A stretch of DNA of 64,000 bases, from positions 62,589-126,588 of the forward strand of contig CAWHOE010000027.1 of NCBI GenBank assembly GCA_963830915.1. Direction: 5' to 3'. The stretch comes from a candidate division FCPU426 bacterium (GTDB taxonomy: Bacteria; Oederibacteriota; Muellerivitia; Muellerivitales; Muellerivitaceae). The notes under the pieces were generated by a model. The model was given only the letters and a program-made list of their open reading frames with translations. It had not been told where the DNA came from and made no database searches. The translations under genes were made by a program, and so were the position numbers. This document shows, one piece after another, positions 58,541 through 64,000 of this stretch (the first letter of the stretch is position 1; each line of letters opens with the position of its first letter).

Positions 58541-58596
58541 CGCATACCCCCTGGGATTTACTTCAAATATCTTACCAGCCACTTTTCACTGAGTCT

Positions 58597-61251
58597 TTAT
58601 TTAACAAAAATTACGTCCGTACACCAGCTTTTGAAACTCTGATAAAACTCGGTATTACCATAATCCTTTTTCAACTCAAGGATCGTTAATCTGGCCTCAT
58701 CAGTATTGTGCTTCGTCCAATCCGCTTTTTTATTAAATATGGGCTCGTATTGTTCATTTTGAATCGCAAATTTATAGCCGTTTTGTTCTATCGTCTGAAT
58801 GGAAGCAATACTCGCAAGGCTCTTCGCTGTCAGTTCCCGATCAGCATTCGATTCAACCGCCTGTTTCAAAAAGCCAATACCTTTTTCATTGTAATCCTGA
58901 CAATCCGATGTGAATTTCTTGTACCTCTTTTCTAATAGTTCAGTGGTACCCGGCATCCCTAAAGGGAATTTTTCAATCATATCAGGGTAATAAGTGTGGA
59001 TATTTGAGGACGGGTTAGGTCGACGAAATTCCGGCCATCCGGTTAGATCTTCTGTTCCATAGATATTACCGATCTCATAACAAAGGGACGCAAATTTTTT
59101 CGAATGAGCGTTTTTTGCTTTTTCCCATTTTTTCATCAAGCTGCTCATCATTTGGGTATATTCCAATATATTCATACTTTGCGTTTTGGCATTTTGAATA
59201 ACATGACGATTCAAGGGATTGAAAGAAACAGTTTTATATTCGATGTATGCCGTATCGGAATAAAATTGCTTATTGTGCCAATCAACTTTATCAGAGCTTT
59301 TTGTCGAATGGCTCTTGGGCATCGATTTCAAAACTACCAACGCGCCATCATAATCATCGTTCCTTATTCTTTTGACCGCTCTGATCAAACACATATCACT
59401 TACAGTCAATGCTGACTCTTTAATAGCCAATCGGTCTAAAGATGTACCATTCTTTCCTTTAATGAGATTCTCCAACTTTACTAATTCTTCTTCGTTGGCG
59501 ACGGCATCCAAAAGGAAATTTGTTGGTTGTAAAGCAAGGTTAAAAGGCACTATATACATTGAAGTTGACGAGATTCCATAAGGCCCTTTGGCTGACGCAA
59601 AGCAAAGGATGGATCTTGGGAGATCTCCGACCGTTAAGAACTTTTCACCAGCCAAAACCCAAAGTGAGTGGTATAGACCCATGTTGTGCCCGTCGGAACC
59701 TAGCGTCTTCGCCCATTGGATATCGACCAATAAACTTTTTTGCGCGGATAACGAGAATGTTTTTTTATCTTTTTGCAATTCTAAAAGAGTACCTATCAGA
59801 TGGATCTGTTTACTAAGAGGGGTCTTTGCTTTCATTGTTTTAAGCGCTGACTGATACAAGACATCCGCTTTGACTGTATCGCCTTCTAACAATGCCAAAT
59901 ATGAGCCAGCCATGTTCCATAAAGACTTTTGTTTAACTTCTGGATCGGCGCCGACTTTTTGGCATAGTTCAACTAACTTCGCGTATTTTTTCTCTTCGTG
60001 AGTCTGGGCTGCAATCTCCTTAAATTTATCCACGATGGAAGATTTTTCTTCTTCAGTTTTTGTCCCGACCAAGAAGAACCTATCAGTTAACATATCTTCG
60101 TTCTCCACGCGTTGAAGAATACGCACTAACATCGCTTCAGTTTGGGCGTCGTTTTTTCCGTGGGCGGCCATATTCTCAAGTACTTCCGAGGAAGTATCCC
60201 GATTATCCCGCAAGCCCATTAAATAATAAGCGGTTGTGATCTTATGGTCGTTGGTCAGGCTTTTGATGAATGCTTCATGTTCTTCGTAAGTGAAGGCGTG
60301 TTTGACTGAAAATAAACACATGGGTCTTAAGGGAAGACATTGGTCCGATACTTCAGCGTAAAGGGTCAATGCTTTTGTCTTATTCCCTTTATGAAGATAA
60401 ACACCCGCAAGGTCACCCATAGCCCTAAAACGCGTATAGGTTTGAATACTACTTGGCCCTATTACTTGGTTGTAGATCTTGACCGCTTCCTCATCAGGTC
60501 GTTTCATCAAGCCGATCATTCGGATCAATTGAAACCCGTATTTCACACGGATGAATTCATCGACTTTCTTGTCATAGGCCCTTTCTATCGCTTTTTGATA
60601 GAAGGGCTTCAATTCCGTTTCAGGATCACCCTGGTAATCAACCCATTTTCTTAATTTCTCATCATATTGACCCCCATTGATAAATCGGTCCATCACGGGA
60701 TTGTATTCAACTATGAATTTCGAGTAATCAATAGCATCGGGAAAGGATTTAAAAGCTTCGATCATGGTACGTTGTGGAACGCTAGTTAACCATTCGTTCA
60801 ACCCTTTAAATCTTTGTTGGTAGTAACTATCATTCGCACTTTTCACAATTTCTTCTTTAATCTCCCCGCCATAAATAAGCGTGAATATTTCTTGGCGATT
60901 GATCGAGGTTGGTCCCTTGGAGTTGAAATAGGTTATCCACTCATCCAGGTTCGCCGACTCGGTATTGCCTGTTTCGGACCAAGGTTTTTTTGCCCAACCG
61001 TAATAGTCATAGTTTGAATCATCGGGCGTTGGTGTCTCGAGCCCATAATTTTGCGAAGAATATAAATAATCATCTTTGAATATTTTTTCTTTAACGATCG
61101 TTGGTTCAATGAACGATAGAGAATCCATCGTTTCGGGCCATTCGTGTTCTACCGCGCAGGGGAAAGCGGAATTAACCGAACCCATCACTAAAATAAATAC
61201 TAATTTCGAAATCGCTTTACTGGTTGAATAGCAGACTGAATTTTTCATCAT
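58597..61251 (-). CDS. large (884 aa) secreted, predominantly alpha-helical (TPR-like?) protein of unknown function
   Basis: Uninterrupted 884-aa ORF in AT-rich DNA (unlikely by chance). Hydrophobic N-terminal segment. No motif recognised. Confidence 0.7.
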   Translation of the reverse strand: MMKNSVCYSTSKAISKLVFILVMGSVNSAFPCAVEHEWPETMDSLSFIEPTIVKEKIFKDDYLYSSQNYGLETPTPDDSNYDYYGWAKKPWSETGNTESANLDEWITYFNSKGPTSINRQEIFTLIYGGEIKEEIVKSANDSYYQQRFKGLNEWLTSVPQRTMIEAFKSFPDAIDYSKFIVEYNPVMDRFINGGQYDEKLRKWVDYQGDPETELKPFYQKAIERAYDKKVDEFIRVKYGFQLIRMIGLMKRPDEEAVKIYNQVIGPSSIQTYTRFRAMGDLAGVYLHKGNKTKALTLYAEVSDQCLPLRPMCLFSVKHAFTYEEHEAFIKSLTNDHKITTAYYLMGLRDNRDTSSEVLENMAAHGKNDAQTEAMLVRILQRVENEDMLTDRFFLVGTKTEEEKSSIVDKFKEIAAQTHEEKKYAKLVELCQKVGADPEVKQKSLWNMAGSYLALLEGDTVKADVLYQSALKTMKAKTPLSKQIHLIGTLLELQKDKKTFSLSAQKSLLVDIQWAKTLGSDGHNMGLYHSLWVLAGEKFLTVGDLPRSILCFASAKGPYGISSTSMYIVPFNLALQPTNFLLDAVANEEELVKLENLIKGKNGTSLDRLAIKESALTVSDMCLIRAVKRIRNDDYDGALVVLKSMPKSHSTKSSDKVDWHNKQFYSDTAYIEYKTVSFNPLNRHVIQNAKTQSMNILEYTQMMSSLMKKWEKAKNAHSKKFASLCYEIGNIYGTEDLTGWPEFRRPNPSSNIHTYYPDMIEKFPLGMPGTTELLEKRYKKFTSDCQDYNEKGIGFLKQAVESNADRELTAKSLASIASIQTIEQNGYKFAIQNEQYEPIFNKKADWTKHNTDEARLTILELKKDYGNTEFYQSFKSWCTDVIFVK

Positions 61252-62314
61252 TGCCTCCGCTAAATTGACGAACCAAAGATAGATCGTAATGAAATAGAGA
61301 AAGAGTGATTGGGCTCTTTCTGGCGTGGTCTTTAATATAACCTAACATTTCACGGCAAGCCTCAATATCCGCCTCATCCAACTTAACAAAATCCCCTTGC
61401 AAAACACGGTTTTCAGAAACAATGGTTCTTTGCGTGGCCGCGAATATGTTTTTCTGGGTCCGCTTTAGATCAGGGTTGCTTTCGAGGGTCTTCCGGTTGG
61501 CCCCTTCCAGAACCCGGATAAATTTATGTTCTGAATTGAACTGGATACCCCACGAAAAGACCGGAAGGGCGATATCCAGAGGGAGGGGATATTCGCTGAA
61601 ATGCGCCAGGTATTTCTTCGCTTCCCCGACATCCAATATGGAATTTTCATTCTTAAATACTTTTGGGGATGACGTGTGATAGATCATCAGAACCCCGCTG
61701 TCCACTGGTGGAACACCTGTGGCGGAAACGTATTTGATCTGGTGTAACCTTATCGTGCAGGTGAGAGTAGCCCCCGGGAAAGCCTTCGAAACCCTTAATT
61801 TCAATTTATCCAGCAACTGAAAGTAATTATGTCGTGTTTGAGGTATCCAATCACAATCGACCTGTAATTCGGTGATCCTTGGACAACCCGTTCTTTTCGA
61901 TATTTCAGAAACGATCTGGATGATGTTCTTGGCGAGCGCGTCGCTTTCCTTAGGTGTTGCCGTCATTTGGATGGCTTTGGGTGTGATGAATATGACAGGA
62001 ACTACCTTTTCGACCCAGACGGTACCCTTTTTGACGGTCAAAACATTTGAGGGAACCGTTGTTCTATATTTCTCATCCCATAAGACATCGAAAAACCGCA
62101 CATACATCTTCTTCAATGAAATGGATTTGAAAAACTCATAGTCAGCGGCATCGAACGCAAGTGAGGTTTTCCAGTAATAGAAGGACGGTATAACTTTGAT
62201 CTTCATTGAATTAGAACCACAACCAATCAGACCGAGGATGAACAAGGTTAAAAGGCAAGCAAACAACGATCGGGATGTTTTTTGTTTGAGATTCACGGAA
62301 ATCATATAAACCAC
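61217..62314 (-). CDS. lipoprotein, possibly DUF3142-like (TIM-barrel-like)
   Basis: SLFACLLTLFILGLIGC lipobox. YYWKTS..., ITELQVDCDW...YFQLLDKLK... resemble DUF3142 as I recall it (low certainty). Overlaps the next gene by 35 nt. Confidence 0.65.
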   Translation of the reverse strand: MVYMISVNLKQKTSRSLFACLLTLFILGLIGCGSNSMKIKVIPSFYYWKTSLAFDAADYEFFKSISLKKMYVRFFDVLWDEKYRTTVPSNVLTVKKGTVWVEKVVPVIFITPKAIQMTATPKESDALAKNIIQIVSEISKRTGCPRITELQVDCDWIPQTRHNYFQLLDKLKLRVSKAFPGATLTCTIRLHQIKYVSATGVPPVDSGVLMIYHTSSPKVFKNENSILDVGEAKKYLAHFSEYPLPLDIALPVFSWGIQFNSEHKFIRVLEGANRKTLESNPDLKRTQKNIFAATQRTIVSENRVLQGDFVKLDEADIEACREMLGYIKDHARKSPITLSLFHYDLSLVRQFSGGNDEKFSLLFNQ

Positions 62315-62374
62315 ATTATAAACAAAAGGGGCATGCCAACCGGCATACCCCTTTGTTCTCCCAAACCCTAAAAG

Positions 62375-63457
62375 CTAGTTTTTACCGCGGGTATTCGGCT
62401 GAGTATTGGTATATAGGAATTTAGCCATTTTGGCGGCTAACCCTCCCTGTAAGACCCCTTGGATAGCCTGGGCCGTATCGTAGGTCTTTTGGCTCCCGGT
62501 AATGGCCAAGTGGATTTCATAATCCTCCCCACCCTTATATTTGACTTTTAGGTTGGGGGCAAACTCCTTCCAGACCTCTTCATTGACGTCTTTACCCTTC
62601 TTACCCCCCTTAGACCCGGCACTAGGGTCAAAATCCTGAGGTTCGTTACCCTTTTTGATCCAATCAATAAACTTCTTGACCACATCCACTGACATTTCGT
62701 TATCGATTATCAGTCCTATGGCTTCATCGATTAAATCTGGGTCTTCCAGCACTGCCAAAGCCAGTAAGACATACTCGGTTATCTGGTAATCGGACTCCGT
62801 TTTGCCCCGACTCGGGGCAACATCCTCCTCATCCTCGTTTTCTTTGCCCCGAGTCGGGGCAAAAACATCCCCATGAACCGGGGGTTTGTCCAAATTAAGG
62901 TTTATTGTGTCCTTGGCCCAGTCGTTAATAACCTTGCCCAATATCAAAGCATTGCCCACTTTTGTTTTGGATACCCCTAACCGCTTGGCCAACTGCCTTT
63001 GGGGCATATCGGGAAAGGCTTTGTGTTCGGCCTGAATCGCCAAATCCCAGTCCCACCAGTCCATTTCATCCAGGTTATTGTCCATCAGAGAGGCCAGATG
63101 GGTATCTTCAGGTGGGATATTCAGGACGATAGAATCAAGGGTTTCCAAACCAGCCAATTTAGCCCCTGCCAGGCGCCGATGACCCCCAATCAACATATAT
63201 TCGAAACCCAGTTCGCCTATTGTTTTCTTAGGCACTTCCTGCCCTGGCCATTCCGGTTTCTGGAAACCCGCTTTTTCCTCTGTTGTCAGGGGGCGAACCT
63301 TAATAGGGGTTTGCTGACCAATAGCCAATAGGGATTCGACCATGACCTGGATAGACCCCGGTCTGAACCGATGCCTTGGCTGGTCAGGATTTTCCATGAT
63401 CTTTGAAACGGGGATCTTGACGATGGACGGATTGGTATTCGGGCCTGCGTTAGACAT
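62375..63457 (-). CDS. ParB/Srx-fold N-terminal domain + HTH protein (ParB/KorB/VirB-like)
   Basis: IMENPDQPRHRF...MVESLLAIGQQTPIKVRP (ParB box I/II region), LIGGHRRLAGAKLAG (GxxRxxA arginine patch), HTH QRQLAKRLGVSKTKVGNAL, acidic linker, Lys-rich C-terminal domain. Confidence 0.8.
   Translation of the reverse strand: MSNAGPNTNPSIVKIPVSKIMENPDQPRHRFRPGSIQVMVESLLAIGQQTPIKVRPLTTEEKAGFQKPEWPGQEVPKKTIGELGFEYMLIGGHRRLAGAKLAGLETLDSIVLNIPPEDTHLASLMDNNLDEMDWWDWDLAIQAEHKAFPDMPQRQLAKRLGVSKTKVGNALILGKVINDWAKDTINLNLDKPPVHGDVFAPTRGKENEDEEDVAPSRGKTESDYQITEYVLLALAVLEDPDLIDEAIGLIIDNEMSVDVVKKFIDWIKKGNEPQDFDPSAGSKGGKKGKDVNEEVWKEFAPNLKVKYKGGEDYEIHLAITGSQKTYDTAQAIQGVLQGGLAAKMAKFLYTNTQPNTRGKN
62802..62862. repeat. 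two 19-bp GC-rich palindromes inside the parB-like CDS
   Basis: ttgccccgaCtcggggcaa (62802-62820) and ttgccccgaGtcggggcaa (62844-62862), 42 bp centre to centre. Translated as VAPSRGK / FAPTRGK in the acidic linker. Confidence 0.85.
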
Positions 63458-63758
63458 AGGGGTGCCTCCAAATAGAAGATTTCCCCTTTGAGCTGATTAA
63501 TACAAGACGATAAAAAGAATGTCAAAATGATTTGGCAGGAGAAGATATTATTTTTTTGTGCCGCACTATTTTTGACCGTTTTGGCGAGAAGGAAAATTAA
63601 CAGGTGGGACAAATTTTTTACAAGAATCGTTCAGTTAGCAAATTGGGCCCGTTTGAGGGGAATACGATGATTGCTGTTATTCATATCCAAGGAGTGTCCC
63701 TGTCGCAGACCATAAACTTGAAAAATCTTTATTCTATTCTCGATGTTTTCTCTCCAAC

Positions 63759-64000
63759 CTAAAGTGCGATAGCGTGGCTTCGAACATAAAATTGGAATGA
63801 AACCCAAACAATCCAAACCAACGCAACCACTAGCCAGACGAAAATTACGGGCCTGTTTCCTTTCAAAAAACTCACAAAAAACCAAACCCCATTCACCAAA
63901 AACATCAAAATGAGTATTGGGCCACAAGTAAGAGCCGCACCTATAGCCGAATTAGTATCATCATAAAACTTTCCGTTCTCGTACCCTGGCCAAGACCAAA
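63759..64000 (-). CDS. 3' end of a membrane-protein gene running off the window
   Basis: Minus-strand frame open from the window edge to TAG (63759-63761): ...GKFYDDTNSAIGAALTCGPILILMFLVNGVWFFVSFLKGNRPVIFVWLVVALVWIVWVSFQFYVRSHAIAL has two clear TM helices. Not in the ORF track because its start lies outside the window. Confidence 0.4.
   Translation of the reverse strand, partial: WSWPGYENGKFYDDTNSAIGAALTCGPILILMFLVNGVWFFVSFLKGNRPVIFVWLVVALVWIVWVSFQFYVRSHAIAL

Noticed and set aside
63631-63927. 98-aa minus-strand ORF
   Set aside because: It overlaps a different frame that encodes two clean TM helices and stays open to the window edge (63759-64000). The 98-aa translation has no convincing features.
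48120-64000. Integrase, transposase or IS ends that would explain the two islets
   Set aside because: I looked through all ORFs and both strands of the AT-rich regions. I found no tyrosine/serine recombinase or DDE motifs and no terminal inverted repeats. The mobilising function, if any, lies outside the window.

Overview
The window is a composite of three parts. (1) Bases 1 to ~2225 are AT-richer, archaeal-looking DNA: a small-terminase-like fragment, a DUF4352-like lipoprotein, and a frameshifted archaeal-pilin/PstS-like gene. (2) Bases ~2227-55882 are GC-rich bacterial chromosome with classic housekeeping synteny, mostly on the minus strand. In order: a truncated cca-family gene, yraN-rnhB, rplS-trmD-rimM-KH-rpsP, tRNA-Thr(CGU), ruvA/Zn-ribbon/ruvC/yebC, a GH9 cellulase, tyrS, PBP1A, mogA, a beta-helix surface protein, ppdK (broken into at least 8 frame pieces), glyS-glyQ, cspA, a tri-haem cytochrome c, the rrf2-sufBCDSUT operon, gntK, recO, yajQ, rodZ/lolA-like/ftsK, an AEC transporter, a GH2 beta-glucuronidase, a cupin and an alpha/beta hydrolase. 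(3) There are two AT-rich accessory insertions. The first (48.1-51.9 kb) has secreted and membrane orphans and sits between a 63-bp allelic copy of the GH2 5' end and the intact GH2 gene. The second (55.9-64 kb) starts with a two-gene DUF3800 + orphan cassette bracketed by ~170-190-bp allelic direct repeats of the hydrolase 3' end. It continues with a ParB-like-led five-gene operon of secreted/lipoprotein orphans. The signals I rate highest are: (a) the repeat-bracketed DUF3800 cassette; (b) a family of seven intergenic long-arm hairpin elements (CCAC...GTGG) whose arms differ between loci but co-vary within each locus; (c) a tandem array upstream of tRNA-Thr that repeats the tRNA 5' end plus co-varying hairpins; (d) the ParB-like operon, which has twin GC-rich palindromes inside the parB-like gene. 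I recognised no CRISPR array, rRNA, integrase or transposase. Several genes carry frameshifts, so indel errors in the assembly are a real possibility. The archaeal/bacterial joint looks chimeric. All compositional statements are by eye. Nothing was computed or searched, and domain names come from motif recall.
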